Shown: in pieces, positions 13,141 to 38,719 of the stretch | Position numbering within the stretch: the stretch's first letter is position 1 | Layout: every line of letters begins with the position of its first letter | Assembly: GCA_964016885.1 (NCBI GenBank) | Contig: OZ024742.1 | Location: 253,208,001 to 253,272,000, forward strand | Origin: Eledone cirrhosa | Lineage: Eukaryota | Length of the DNA: 64,000 nucleotides | Direction of reading: 5' to 3' | The notes under the pieces: generated by a model | Database searches by the model: none | Seen by the model: only the letters and a program-made list of their open reading frames with translations | Told to the model about the DNA's origin: nothing | Translations under genes and position numbers: made by a program

Positions 13141-13901
13141 TGATGGTGGTTGTCGTGATGTTGGTGATGATCATTATGACTACAATAACAATAAATGATA
13201 ATCAATGTTGACTTAACACCCTCCTTTCAATGATAATGCTTTCCATTATCATCATAAACATCATCACCACTATCATCATCATAAACAACATCATTATCAT
13301 TACCATCATAAACATCACTATTATCATCAACATCTTCATAATCATCATTATCATCAGCATCATAAACATCATCATAAACAATCATCATCATCATCATCAT
13401 CAAATGTTGGTGTGGAATTATTGTTTTGTAATGTCATTTTGATTTATCAAAGATTGACATAAGTTATTACCAAGATCCAGTGTGTCTGTTACTGCAGCCT
13501 TTATCTCTCCCAGAAGTCATTACACACACACATGCATACAGAAACACACACAGGCCAACATATACGCAGATGCACACACACACACAATCACATACACTGA
13601 CCAACATACACTCGCACACAGATCAACATAAAAACACACACAACCAAACATACATACACACATATCCAAACATACATACATACACACAGAGACCAACATA
13701 GACACACACACACACACACAGACCAACATACACATATACCGACCAACATACACGTGCACGCAGATCAACATTAAAAACACACAGCCAAACATACACACAC
13801 AGCCAAACATACATACACACACACTGAACCAAACATATATACACACACAGCCAAACATACATACACACAGAACAACATATATAAACACACAGACCAACAT
13901 A

Positions 13902-13956
<55 letters not shown>

Positions 13957-15026
13957 ATGCACACACACACACACACAATCAAATATACAGACCCACCCAT
14001 TCAATTACATACACTGACACACAGACCCTGACAAACACTCTCATACAGACCTTTACATTCAATTACACACACAGACCCTTCACACACAGTATAACACAAA
14101 CAAAGATCCCACACATACAACCACAGATCCACATACAAATCTACATACATATACAAGCTATATATACACTCACACAGCGTCATAGTTACTGTCACACACA
14201 GTGAGATTTGCCAAACGAGAAATTTCCTTTGATATGAGAAAGAGAAGAATTGATTATGAAGGATTGCAGGCATTTAGTCATAATATTAAAGTGGAAATGT
14301 GAATATTTGATATAAACTGTCATGGGCTTATAAAATCTGATGAAGCAAAGACATTTATATTCATTCAAAGAATAGAAAAGCTACAAGTAGAATCAGAGTA
14401 TTAGAAGAGCTCTGTGTAAAGATAAGTTATGAATAAAGGAGAAGTTGAAAGGTCCTGCTATTGTTATATTCATTAACACAAAGAAGAGTATAGTTAATAA
14501 AGATATCAAAAGCAGCTGTGTTTCTCATAAACAATGCTACATTTGAACATTTAAAAGGTTATTATTAGGCAGCAAGGAGTTAAAATCCCACTGGATGTGG
14601 TTAGTTTATCTTTTGGCCTTTCAATACAGCTAAAGTACCAGTCCAAGAGTAGTGGATTGATGAAATTAATAAAATATGCTTTGTGGTGTCTTAACTGATC
14701 CTGTTCAGATATCACCTTCGTATGCCAGGAGTTGTAGAGTGATGACTAGCAGATAGTATCAGTAATGGAAAAACCAGGGGAAACAACTATATCCAAATTG
14801 TAAAATCATAATATAAAATTAAATTAAATTGTTTAGAACTACAAGTGAAGTCATTCTTTTCCTTTTTGAAAATATTCTTAACTGTACCAAGGATTTCACA
14901 AATTTTCCAATATATATATACATATGAGCAAGACAAGGTCAGCCGACCGGGCACTGCCCACAACAGGACAACCCGTTTAACCCATGCTAGTATGGAAGAA
15001 TGGACGTAAAATGGTGGTGATGATGA

Positions 15027-15082
<56 letters not shown>

Positions 15083-15086
<4 letters not shown>

Positions 15087-15370
15087 CCAGAATTACACAA
15101 CAGGAGGAAAAAATATAACACCACTGACGATGTTGCAGATGTGCAACAAAAGATTTATGTAAATTATGTAAACTATATATATGTGTTTGTGTCTATATTG
15201 TATCTGTATTATTTTTGACCGTCGGTCAGTCAATGGCAACATTGAGGACCGATTAAGTTAGATCGCAGATATAAAAGACAGCGAGAAGCGAAAACCAACC
15301 AAACAGTGAGTGTGTTCTGTTATTAATTCTGGCAATATTACACAAAAATGCCCCTCCCCAAGTATAACAA
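15083..15370. mobile_element. Small (TA)n-embedded element with inverted terminal segment and decayed hammerhead
   Basis: atattgccagaatta at the left is inverted as taattctggcaatat near 15324-15338. CTGACGA t gttgca gatg tgcaac AAAAG at 15124-15152, with GAAA mutated. Confidence 0.5.
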
Positions 15371-15404
<34 letters not shown>

Positions 15405-15471
15405 CATATACATATACATATATACATATATACATATATACATATATACATATATATATATACATATATAA

Positions 15472-15718
<247 letters not shown>

Positions 15719-15719
15719 G

Positions 15720-17052
15720 TAATAATAATAAAATTGAAGACTAAAATCCAGAGAGGGCTCGATAAGGAAAATATATATCAAATATATAAGAACCGAAGAG
15801 CAAATATTTATTAAAATAACAGATTAAAGTTTAAGCAAAGAATCGCTGCTTTCAACCTTAACGGGTCTAGCTAGGGCTAGATCGTATAACGGAAATAAAA
15901 GACCATGTGACCTCTGCGCCGCTGAGGCCCTGGAAATACTCTACGCCACAGACCACATCTTAAACAAAAAATCTGAGGCAATTTCGGCTTGTAAACATAA
16001 ATTGCACAAAACTTTCCTGTATTACAGCCCTACGTTATACCCTAACGGATAGCACGATCTATACGTGGATATTTTCGTCTTGATGTGGGAGCTAAGTATA
16101 TGTTTTGTTTATTCCTTTACTTTTTGCATAGGTAAGTATATATTACCCGTATGTTTTGTGAAGGTATGTATACCTTCTCGTACGTATATTTGACTGTTTT
16201 GGCGTATAATTTTTACATATTCTGGTATTTAGGACTTGGTTATGTGTATATGGGAGTTTTGCGTCTGCGTGAGTATGCAGGTTCGTACGTATGGTGGGTG
16301 TGTGTATATGTGTACTTCTTGTTTTAGTTGACTTACGTCTCCGAACCTTCATGTATTTATTTGTAGGTATGTGTGTGCGCTTGTTATATACGTATTTATT
16401 TACTTATATACGTTTATATAATTATTTATTTATTTGTACACAAGCATACACACACACACACATATTTATATTGCGTGGTTTTGTATACCTATGGTAAGGT
16501 TTTGCGTATGCTTGTGTATGTACGTATCTGTTTGCGTGTATGTATTTATTTGTTCCTATTACTTCTGTAATGTATTTATTTACTTTGTTCTTAACTCTGT
16601 AGCGGAGATTCATTCGGTCTCCTAGTTAGAATTTTAGTCTACGACTTCTGCTATACCATTTACGTGGTTTTGTCTTTGCACGCTATTGTTCTCCACGCTC
16701 CACATATGACTTATTATCTTCGTTTTTTCGTTCATTGCCAGAGAACGTCTCTATGCACCACTTAGAGAACATTAGTCTACGACCTCTTTTATACCATAAA
16801 CGTGGTTCTGTCCTTGCACGTAATTGTTTTTCACCGCTCCTATTAATGACGTATATTCGTTTTTTTTCCCGTTCTTTGCCAGCGAACGTCACCATGAACC
16901 AAAGTATCGTCTTCCTGTCTTCCTCCGGTTGCAACGTTTTTTGAAATATCCAGTTCTGCGTTTACAGATTGACTTTGTTAGTTTCAGAAGATCCCGTTAA
17001 GGGTGAAAGCAGCGATTCTTTGCTTAAACTTTAATCTGTTATTTTAATAAAT
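15720..17052 (+). mobile_element. 5'-truncated Penelope-like element: inverted terminal copy, GIY-YIG C-terminus, 3' UTR and hammerhead-like motif, inserted in (TA)n
   Basis: 15867-16052 translates as LARARSYNGNKRPCDLCAAEALEILYATDHILNKKSEAISACKHK...*, matching the CxxC..E..I..LN..SE...CxH ending recalled for Naiad-type PLEs. 15805-15866 is the reverse complement of about 16993-17052. Confidence 0.75.
16980..17030 (+). ncRNA. Hammerhead-like motif with variant CAGAAGA core
   Basis: agttt CAGAAGA t ccc gttaa ggg t GAAA gca gcgattctt tgc T T aaact. Stem I is extended by acagattga/ttaatctgt. Confidence 0.65.
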
Positions 17053-17248
17053 ATATATATACATATATATATATATATGTAGGAGGTGAGTTTTATTGTA
17101 GTACAATAAAGCAATGCAGATATCGGATAAGAAGCACTCTACAGTTTGTAGGACTGGAGTATACATATATATGTGTATACATAATATGTTGATTTAAAAC
17201 TGCACTATCCACAAGTGTTTTTTAGCCTTCATATCATGTTCTCCTGTC

Positions 17249-17311
17249 TTATCTGATGAAAACACAAATATTATTGCATGATGGTGTTTGTTTTTGAAAT
17301 GCGCATAATAA
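17249..17311 (+). ncRNA. Type I hammerhead ribozyme
   Basis: ttat CTGATGA aaacacaaata...tgtttgttttt GAAA tgcgca T A ataa. Palindromic stem III ATGCGCAT. Lies in a ~265-bp insert between two (TA)n tracts. Confidence 0.8.
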
Positions 17312-17343
17312 AATACATGGAACTCCTTTAACCATCTTTTGAT

Positions 17344-29184
<11,841 letters not shown>

Positions 29185-29194
29185 TATATGTGAT

Positions 29195-29535
29195 GGAGGC
29201 ACATGGCTTAGTGGTTAGAGCATTGGGCTTGCAATCAAGAGGTTGTGAGTTCAATTCTCAGACCGAGTGATGTGTTGTTTCCTTGCGCAAGACACTTTAT
29301 TTCACATTGCTCCAGTTTACTCAGCTGTAGAAATGAGATGATAGGGACTGGGGTCCATATCATTCCACTGCAAAGAGGTCATGGAGGTGCCACGGCAAAA
29401 AAGCACCCAGCACTCACTGTAAATGAGGTTGGTGTTAGGAAGGGCATCCAGCTGTAGAAATCAAACCAGAAACAGTTCCCGTCCCACCCTAGCAAGCAAG
29501 GAAAAGCGGATGTAAAATGAAATGAAATGAAATGA
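29195..29535 (+). mobile_element. SINE family A, full copy (second 3' half at about 29805-30024)
   Basis: Closely matches 2088-2424. Confidence 0.85.
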
Positions 29536-30399
29536 ATAAATATAAGAAAAGAGTCAGGAGTTCAGCCATCAGGGTCCTGATTCTTTTCCTATTACCCACT
29601 CTAGTATTAAGTACTCTGGTGTATTATGGTCCACCTGGTATCTTACCACACCCTCTTTGTTATGTATATAGTAAGAAGTAAGCTAGCGGCTGAAGTGTAT
29701 GATGAAGTTATATCTGTATAAATAGAGTGTACGTAACAGAGACTGCACCAACATGTATAAATATATACACATATTTAATATTGTTAATTGAAAAAAATGA
29801 TAAACATTGCAAAGTGGTCGTGGAGGTGCCACGGCAAAAAAGCACCCAGCCCACACTGTAAAGTGGATGTGTAGGTGTCACGAAAAAAAAACACCCAGCA
29901 GTCACCGTAAATGAGGTTGGTGTTAGGAAGGGCATCCAGCTGTAGAAATCAAGCCAGAATCAGTTCCCGTCTCACCCTTGCAAGCAGGGAAAAGTGGACG
30001 TAAAATAATGATGATGATGATGATCTTTAATCAATTTTTGGATCTTATTGGACTCTCTTCAGATGACATGTATATCATCCAATCAACAGGAAGGAAATGT
30101 ATTTGCTGGGTACATATACTCGTTTGCTCTTAGTATTATTCTGAAATGGACATACTAATTTGTATATAATTAGGGATCGTTTTGGTAATTAATTAAGATA
30201 TATAGTAAGAAGTGTGCTAGCAAGGCAACATCTCATTGTTATGCAGCATTGCAATTTGAACGCATACATTGTATAATCTGTCCTTAACTCTGTGAGAGCA
30301 GCCTTTTTTTGCCAGCAGAGGTAGCAGCTCTCTGAACTTTTTTAACACCATTCTTATTCTGGCTACAACATTTTTGGTACAAAATTTAGTTCCCTAGAC

Positions 30400-31000
30400 A
30401 AATGTTGAGGAAGATATTATTCCATTTGCCAAAATATATCACCCAGGGGAACCAAACATATTTGCCACCATTAAGGCAAACTTGCCATTCCTCTTCCAAA
30501 GCCCCAAAATGAAAAAAATATCTCAACCATCAACAGCAAAAGCTAACCAAATAACCTTAAGAAAACACCTCACAAGAGCAAAGTTTCCATAAGAAAATAA
30601 CTTCAAATTTTCTTTAAAACTTGTTGAGATAGTCGATATGGGATATGGAGTAGCAGCATCTGTAACTATTTGTAAACTGGTTCTGAGATGAAATAAAAAA
30701 AAAGGACTCTCCTTAAAATAAATACGGAAATGAACTGTAAAAAAATCTGATATAATGTATTGTCTATTTTTGGCTGCAAAGAGGATTATATTGATAACAC
30801 TTGATGTAAATAAGTCAGAGTACACAAACAACAGATATGAAAAATGGAACTGAGGAAAATAGCACTGAGTGAAAATAAAAAAAAAAATCAGGAAATGCAG
30901 TATTAAAATATTCCATTTTTATAAATTTTCAAGTGATGAACCAATGTACCAAAGAAAATTGGAGAAATAAGTAATAAAGTAAAACAATCCCAAATCAATC
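30400..31000 (+). pseudogene. Highly decayed Penelope-like (Neptune/Poseidon-type) RT-linker and GIY-YIG fragment
   Basis: Translates EEDIIPFAKIYHPGEPNIFATIKANLPFLFQSPKMK, then NLKK..TRAKF-like, C.DSR.GI and MNC..SDIMYCL..GC..DYI motifs across frameshifts. Confidence 0.5.
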
Positions 31001-31619
31001 AATAACAACTTTACTTTAAAGATGTGAAAATACACATAAGGAACTTCAGGTTTTCCTACCCTTTTAATAACAACTAACTTGATAAGTCTCATTGAAGACA
31101 AACGAGCTACATTGAAATTATAAATATTTCAGTGTTTTATTTTTCGACCCAAGTAAAATACAGTGTACATAGTGTACTGGGTGCATTTTTCATGGCATCA
31201 ACATTTGAGAGGTTGTCATGTCTTGGCTAGAGGTTCCTCTTAACAATTTTGGCATGGTTTCTATAGTTGGAACTCCTTTCTAATACTAACTACTTCACAA
31301 AGTATGCTGGGTGTGTTTTATTGTGGCACCAGCCCTAGGGAGGTTGTTGGTCACAAATTTGACTGTAAGTCCCTCTCTACCTTGTGGGAGTGGGGACAAG
31401 AAGGATGATAAGTAAGTGGAAATAGGTGAGGGGCTTTATAGGCTTGTGATGTTGGGTAAAGAAGGATGATGACGTACGTCATGGGTGTAAGACAGGTGTG
31501 GTAGGGTTTGAGAAGCTGGGAGAGGGTAATATTGATTCAAGTAGCTGTGTACAGTGATGATAGGAGTAGTTTATAAGGAGTGAAGTTGGGGGAGGGAGGG
31601 TAGATAGGTCATATTTTTA

Positions 31620-32030
31620 TACTGGCAAGTGTGTCTTCTCCAGTACAGCATGTCACCGATCAAGTCCTTTGTCATTTTTATCATGAGATTCAGTTTCCTA
31701 AGGTTTATCTCTTCCTGTTCTTCTAGGTTTATCTTTTCTATGAATCTCATCCATTGAGATTTCTCTGCATTTATCAATACAACTGTCATCTCCGATACAC
31801 ATCACATGTCTAAAGTAATGCAGTCTTCTCTCTTGCACATTCTTATACAGAGATTTTCTTTCAGCTTGCTTATGCTATGCTGTTCATGCACATTAACATT
31901 ATATATCAACCAGACCATTTTCACTTCATTTCTTTCTAGACTACACAGATCTTCTGCAGTTAAGGCCCATGTCTCATAGTAATGTAAGACTAGTGTATAC
32001 ATGTACTTCAAAGTAGTTACACCTTGTCAG
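31620..32030 (-). mobile_element. Decayed RTE-clade LINE fragment
   Basis: LHYYETWALTAEDLCSLERNEVKM. Confidence 0.65.
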
Positions 32031-32288
32031 CACTCACTTACTTATGCTGAAATACTGAGGATGAAAGACTTGAAAATCTTTTAGACTTTTGTAAAAAGAT
32101 TATTCTTGTTGAAAGCTTAAAGAGCATACTTGCCTGGCTGGTATAAATTTGTGAGAGCACTAACACAGTGTGATTCAGAATAAAGGTTGATACACCACTT
32201 TTACACCAATACAGAGGTAGCTGAGATATGATCACAGCTTAAATAGATATATGTCTATTATACGTAATCATAGTGTATATGGGTCTAC

Positions 32289-32331
32289 ATACTACTACTA
32301 CAACTACTACAACAACTACTACTACTACTAG

Positions 32332-32392
<61 letters not shown>

Positions 32393-32393
32393 T

Positions 32394-32455
<62 letters not shown>

Positions 32456-32480
32456 GTTGGTGTTGCTGTTGCTGCTACTA
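32289..32480. repeat. (TAC)n/(TGC)n microsatellite
   Basis: Direct reading. Confidence 0.9.
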
Positions 32481-32899
32481 TTGTATCTTATTGTATCTTG
32501 TGTAATGTGAATTTGCACTGCTTGTTGAATTTTATTTCCTTTTGCTTGAAAATCAATAATACCTTCTTTTGGTCATTCTCATTTTGTTTTTATCGTATTT
32601 TCGGTTTCTTTTTTCTTCACTTCGCTATTCAGAGATAAAACTGATAAACTATTCATTTCACACTTAAATGAAATAAATAGAGTCAACCCATAAAAGTTGC
32701 AGAGTAGTTTTTGTAGTTGATGAATTGGCAGAGTTGTTGGAGCATTGGATTAAATACTTTAAAGTATTTCCTCCAGCTCTTGGCATTCTGAGTTCAAATC
32801 TTGCCTATTGAGGCCCACTTTGGCTTTTATCCTTTTAGTGTTGATAAAGTAAAGACCTTGTCTATTTTAGTGTGGTGGTCAATTATCAGAATTGTTAAA

Positions 32900-34035
32900 G
32901 AGTTGGACAGAACGCAGACCCCCTCAGGAAGATGGCCTTGCTCAGTATGTAGGAAAAGTGTAGGTAGAAATTCCGTCCTCTTCCCCAAATGCAAACTATG
33001 GGTACACAAGAGTTGTAGTGGGACCTCAGGAAGTTTAGGCTTTACAAATAGCAGTTGTACTGGGACAGTAAGCAGCAAACAACCACAGGAAAGAAGCACT
33101 ATCAAATTCTTTGAGGGCTTTGTTGAAACAGTAGACAGCTGCTGCTACTTAGGTGTCCAAATTAGCAACAGTGGTTGGTGTTCTGAAAGTACAGTAACCA
33201 GGGTAAGAACGAGATAGAAGTAGTTCAGGGAGCTACTACCACTGCTAGCTGCCAAAGGCTTTTCCCTCAAAATGAAAGGCAGACTGTATAATGCGTGCAT
33301 ACGAACAGCAATGTTACATGGTAGTGAGACCTGGGCGCTGTGTGCAGAAGACTTGCGTAGATTAGAAAGAAACAAAGCTTGCATACTCTGATGGATGTGT
33401 AATAGTAATGTTTGCAAACGGCAAAGCATAAACGAATTAAGAGAGAGACTAAGCATAAGAGGCATCAAATGTTGTGTGCAGGAGAGGAGATTATGTTGGT
33501 ATGGACATGTGAAACATATGAAGGATGACAGCTGCATAAAAAGGTGCAGAGGACTAAAAGTCGATGGAATCCTTGGAGTGGAGAAACCCAAGATCTGGAA
33601 TGAGATGATAAAAGATGACCATGACCAATTGCACCTCTCAAAGGCGATGGCACAGGACTGAGACCTCTGGCGTTATGCAGTAATACAGAAGACCCGACTT
33701 CCCATGGGTACAAGCTGAAACTGAAGCATATAGTCAGTATGCCTCCCCCCCCACACACACTGTAAAGTGGATGTGTAGATGTCATGGCAAAATATCACCC
33801 AGTTGACACTGTAAAGTGGTTGTGTAGGTGCCATGGTAAAAAGCACCCAGTCCACACTGTAAATGAGGTTGGTGTTAGGAAGGGCATCCAGCTGTAGAAA
33901 TCAAGCCCAAAACAGTTCTGTATGAGCAAGACATGGTCACCTGATCTAGCATTTCCCACAACAGGACAACCCTTCTAAACCATGCTAGCATGGAAGAATG
34001 GACGTAAAATGGTGATGATGATAATGGTGATGATA
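32900..34035 (+). mobile_element. RTE-clade LINE 3' portion, including a 3' UTR shared with SINE family A
   Basis: PSGRWPCSVCRKSVGRNS..CKLWVHKSCSG (zinc-finger-like), FRELLPLL, MLHGSETW, ERRLCWYGHV; then 48-bp motifs and a (GAT)n tail. Confidence 0.8.
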
Positions 34036-34609
34036 AAGAGTTGGACAGGATCCTTTACCATATCTGATACAGGTAAGTATGTTCTCAGTTAAAATCCTAC
34101 CTCCCTCTGCTAAAGAGTTGGGACTGGCAGAAAGTATTAGCAATGGAAAGATCAATGGAAACATTGTTTCCTTGGTTTTGTCTGATGATTGGCTCCATTC
34201 TTCTACCAGGATTTGTGACTGTCAGATAGTACCAGCAATGGAAAGACTGATAGAATCATGTTTTCTTGGTCTAATCTGATGATTGGCTCCTTTTATTTCT
34301 TTATATTATTATTTATATAAAGAATGAGTCACTCCAGGTAGAACTGCTACTTCTCCAGTTTGAGAGATCACAGCTCTGATACTATGGGCATGTGGTTAGA
34401 ATGTTTCAGGAAAGAATTGCTGGACAGATTTTATGGGCAAAACCAACAGGTAGGAGACCCAAGAGTAGACCCTGAGCAAGATGGTTGGATAATATCCATG
34501 AGCTTGGCTAGTTACACATGGGGATCCAGTCGAATCAGTTGGAGATGGTTGCTTCTGACAGGACCTACTTGGGGAGTATTTGAGGACTCTGCTTCCACGA
34601 CCCTCTCAG

Positions 34610-34664
<55 letters not shown>

Positions 34665-37600
34665 TTAGGTTTTTATCTATTTGTTTGTTTGTTTATTTAT
34701 GTTCGTCTAGAGAGTGACGGTGCCACGCTGAAATCACCGGGGGTGATGAAATCACTGGGGGTGATGAAATCACCGGTAGTTATGTAACCTTACATTCACC
34801 AATCCTTGATATGAGTGCTTAAATGTCGAACCTAAACAGTTCGAATAACGGTGAAGTGGAGACTGGAATGTCATGTGACAGACTCTCACCCAACAGGTGC
34901 TCCCTGGCCCAGCAGCAGGGACCTGGCTGTCATCCAAATACTACTGGTGTTGGAGGAAGAGGAAGAAGGAAAGGGACCAGAACTAACTGGACGAAAGAAA
35001 TGAATAGAGCTGTTATGCAATGTTACCTGAAGAGTAACCCCAAGGAGAGGGGCTATAGGAAACGGATGCATAACATCTGGAACGAGATTGGTCTATTTAA
35101 ATTAGATGAACAAAAATTGGCCAGGCAGGCTCGGGTAATAAGAACTAATGGGTGGATAAGCGAGCTGGAACTGGAGGAACTGAGCAGAGAGATTAGGTTG
35201 GAAATGGAGAGTGGAGTATGCCAGGCAAACGAGCCAGTGGGAAATGAAGGTGAAGAGGTTGAGAGAACGGAGGAACCATCCGAAGCAGACAATGATCTGA
35301 ATGCTGAAATAAATAATACCTGGAACAAAGATACGGCCATTGAGGAAATGAATGCTGAGGGGCTAGGACAAGATTTAGTTGATATCCTAAACTTAGTGGT
35401 AGATGAAATGAACAACCATAGTGGGAAACCTTTGTAGACAGGAAAAAGTTAAAAGAAACAACAGCTAGGGTAAACAAAGTCATCCCATACCTTGAGGCGA
35501 GGAGCCTTCACCAGTGCAACAATATCCTCAAAGCAACAGCAAATACCGTGAGGAAACTACCTGATATAAAAGCGAGAGGAAACAACAGACAAGAAAGAGC
35601 AGAGCCTTGGTGGAAGAAACGACTGAGTGGTCAAATCAGGGAAATGAGAAATGACATTGGAAAGCTTGAGTCCCTACTGAATGGGACACTAAAAATTAGA
35701 CTGGAAATAAAGTACAAAACTAGGGGGAAAAAGCTAAATATTATCATAAAGCAACTGAAGCAACGCATTGTAGCAAAGAGGGCAAAAATTAGGCGATACG
35801 AGAGCAGAGTCAGTCAATATAGACAGAACCGCATGTTTGACAACAACCAGAAGATGTTGTTTGGACAGCTTGAAGGGAAAGAAAGAGGCAACGACTTGAT
35901 CCCTGAGGCGGAACAAACTAAGACATTCTGGAAAGGAATATGGGAGCAGGATGTTAAACATAATGACCAGGCAGTGTGGATTGAGACAGTACAAAAGGAC
36001 ATTAGTGAACAGGCACACCAACAAACTGATTTGAGTATCACAGTTGAAACTCTTAAGGGCAGGCCAGAAAACTAACCAACTGGAAATCATCAGGCCCAGA
36101 TGGTGTGCAGGGTATTGGATTAAAAATATAACATCCCTCCACCCGAAACTGACAACCATGTTCAATGACTGCTTGATGTCAGGTGAGGTACCAGAGTGGT
36201 TGACAAAAGGTACCACAGTTCTGGTAATGAAAGACCGAATCAAGGGTAATGATGTTACCAACTATAGACCTATCACATGTCTGTCCGTAATGTGGAAACT
36301 GTTGACAAGCATTGTGTCTGAGGAAATCTACCATCACCTCCACACAAACAACTTGTTACCGGACAAACAGAAAGGATGCCGAAAGAAGTCCTGTGGTACA
36401 AAGGACCAGTTACTTATTGATAAGATGGTAATGAGGAATTGCAAGAGGAGACACACTGGTCTTGCCATGGGATGGATAGACTACAAAAAGGCATTTAACA
36501 TGGTGCCTCATTCTTGGATCACCAAAAGCCTAGAGATCTTCAAGGTGGCAGATAACATCAGACAGTTGTTGAGCAAAAGTATGAAGTCCTGGAAAACAGA
36601 ATTAACATCAGCTGGAGAATCCTTGGGAGGCGTGAAGATCAGGAGAGGTATCTTCCAGGGAGATAGTCTGTCCCCTCTGTTGTTTATCCTTGCCCTGATG
36701 CCCCTGACCATTATACTGCGAAAAGTGAGAGCAGGATACAAGATGGGAAAGGGAGAGCTTACCATCAATCACCTCCTCTTCATGGACGATCTTAAGCTCT
36801 TCGGGAAGAATGAGAAGGAGTTGGATGTGCTTGTTGACGCTGTCCGTATTTTCAGCAATGATATATGTATGCAATTTGGTATTAGTAAGTGTGGAGTCCT
36901 TGTGATGAAGAGGGGTAAATTGAGCAGAAGCAACGGAATCCAGGTACCAAGGTGAGATGATAAAGGAAATTGACACTGAAGAAGGATACAAGTAGTTGGG
37001 TGTTCTGGAGGCTGATGACATCAAGAAAAAAAAAATGAAGGAATTGATAAGATCTGAATACATTTGGAGAGTAAGGAGCGTATTAAAAACACATCTGAAC
37101 AGTAGGAATGCCATTAGTGCAGTAAATTCCCGAGCTGTGTCTATTATTAGGTACAGTGCGGGAATTCTGAGATGGAATGTTGCTGGCTGAACAAAAAGAA
37201 ATGGATAGGAAGACTAGGAAGCTTCCTAGTCTAGTGACTATCTACAACATGTTCCACAAGAGGAGTGATGTCGATAGATTCTACTTAAGGAGATTTGAAG
37301 GTGGAAGAGGTCTTATCAGCATAGAGGACTGTGTTCAGATGGAGAAAAACAACCTGCACAAATACGTGACCGATAGTAAGGAGCCAATGCTCAGAATTGT
37401 ACTGAAGGAGAGGACAATAGACCAGGGTATGTCCAAGGAGGAAATAACAATAAGGAGAAAGAGCAATCTTCATGAAAAATCCCTTCATAGTACCTTCTTT
37501 GAGAAAACTGAATTCAGAGATTCACAGACATGGAACTGGTTGAAAAGAGGAGACCTTAAAAAGGCTACAAAAGGAATGCTAATGGCTGCGCAAGAGCAGG

Positions 37601-38304
37601 CTCTCAAAATGAAGTGGCTGAAACACCACATTTACAAGGAGGAGACTAGCCCACTGTGCAGGATCTGTGGAGAGAGAGAGGAGACTGTGGCTCACATTGT
37701 ATCCGAGTGTAAACACCTAGCCCAGACTCACTATAAAGGCTGGAGACATGATGTGATGGGCAGGGTGATCCACTGGCACCTATGCAAAGTAAACAATTTA
37801 CTACATTCTGAGAAGTGGTATGAGCATAAGCCAGAGTCGGTGATAGAAAACGATCAGGTGAAGGTGCTGTGGGATTTTAGGATACAGACGGACAAGAAAC
37901 TGTAACACAATAGACCTGACCTGGTGGTTTTGGACAAGGAAAAATAGATCGTGCATGATTGTGGATGTGGCCTGCTCATTCGACACGAGAGTGCAAGAGA
38001 AGGAGAGGGAGAAAATTAACTGATACCAGGACTTAAAGTGGGAGGTAAAAAGGATTTGGAACTGCCATGAAGTCAAAGTGGTCTCGATTGTCATAGGTGC
38101 ACTAGGTACTATCTCAAAAAGTTTTCAGGGATGGTTAATGAAAATTGGCCCCGCCCTGCTTTTTGGAACACTTCAAAAGGCATGCTTTCTGGGAACGGCA
38201 AGAACCCTCCGATACGTCCTGAATATCTGAGGCTGCAGGTAGTGGCTTGATATTCATTTCAACAAACTTTCCAGTTAACTAACATCAATGACTGAGACTC
38301 AAAG
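34665..38304 (+). mobile_element. Near full-length R4/Dong-like non-LTR retrotransposon (RT, CCHC, restriction-like endonuclease), disrupted, inserted in (AAT)n
   Basis: NYRPITCL, GIFQGDSLSPLLF, HLLFMDDLKLF, CRICGEREETVAHIVSEC, RHD and RPDLVV..IVDVAC motifs over ORFs spanning 34823-38230, with stops and frameshifts. (AAT)n at 34611-34664 and 38305-38327. Confidence 0.9.
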
Positions 38305-38719
38305 AATAATAATAATAATAATAATAAGAAGAAGAAGAAGTTGAAGAATATGAAAACAAAAAAATAGCATTAGAATTATAGTTTACTGTCATTTGTTCCC
38401 ACAAATCCTAAATATCATCAAACATTTTGAAGAAATTTATTTGCTTTTGTTGGTAGTAACTCAGATAACAATAATCCTCCAATCCCCAAGAAATTTACAG
38501 CCCATACCTATGCAGGTTCAGCTGGTCTTCTATGAGATTATATCTCATTTGAGGTTTCTCAGGTGTTTTAAAGATAGGGATCTCAGTCCTTTCATAGAAA
38601 GCAAGGTAAAATGAAATATCATTCTAAAAAACACAATCCACTTCCTGATTAGGGAATTGAACCTGTGAACTTGTTATGAGTTCAACACCTTAACCATTAG
38701 GAGCATTCTTGTGGTTCTC

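Noticed and set aside
10619-13205. Long Asp-, His/Thr/Pro- and Gly/Val-rich ORFs (243-607 aa)
   Set aside because: Open in several frames on both strands because trinucleotide repeats lack stops; no domain or splice evidence.
30030-31135. Decayed hammerhead-like strings near 30062 (-) and 31090 (+)
   Set aside because: Several core positions are mutated and the stems are weak; cannot be told from chance.
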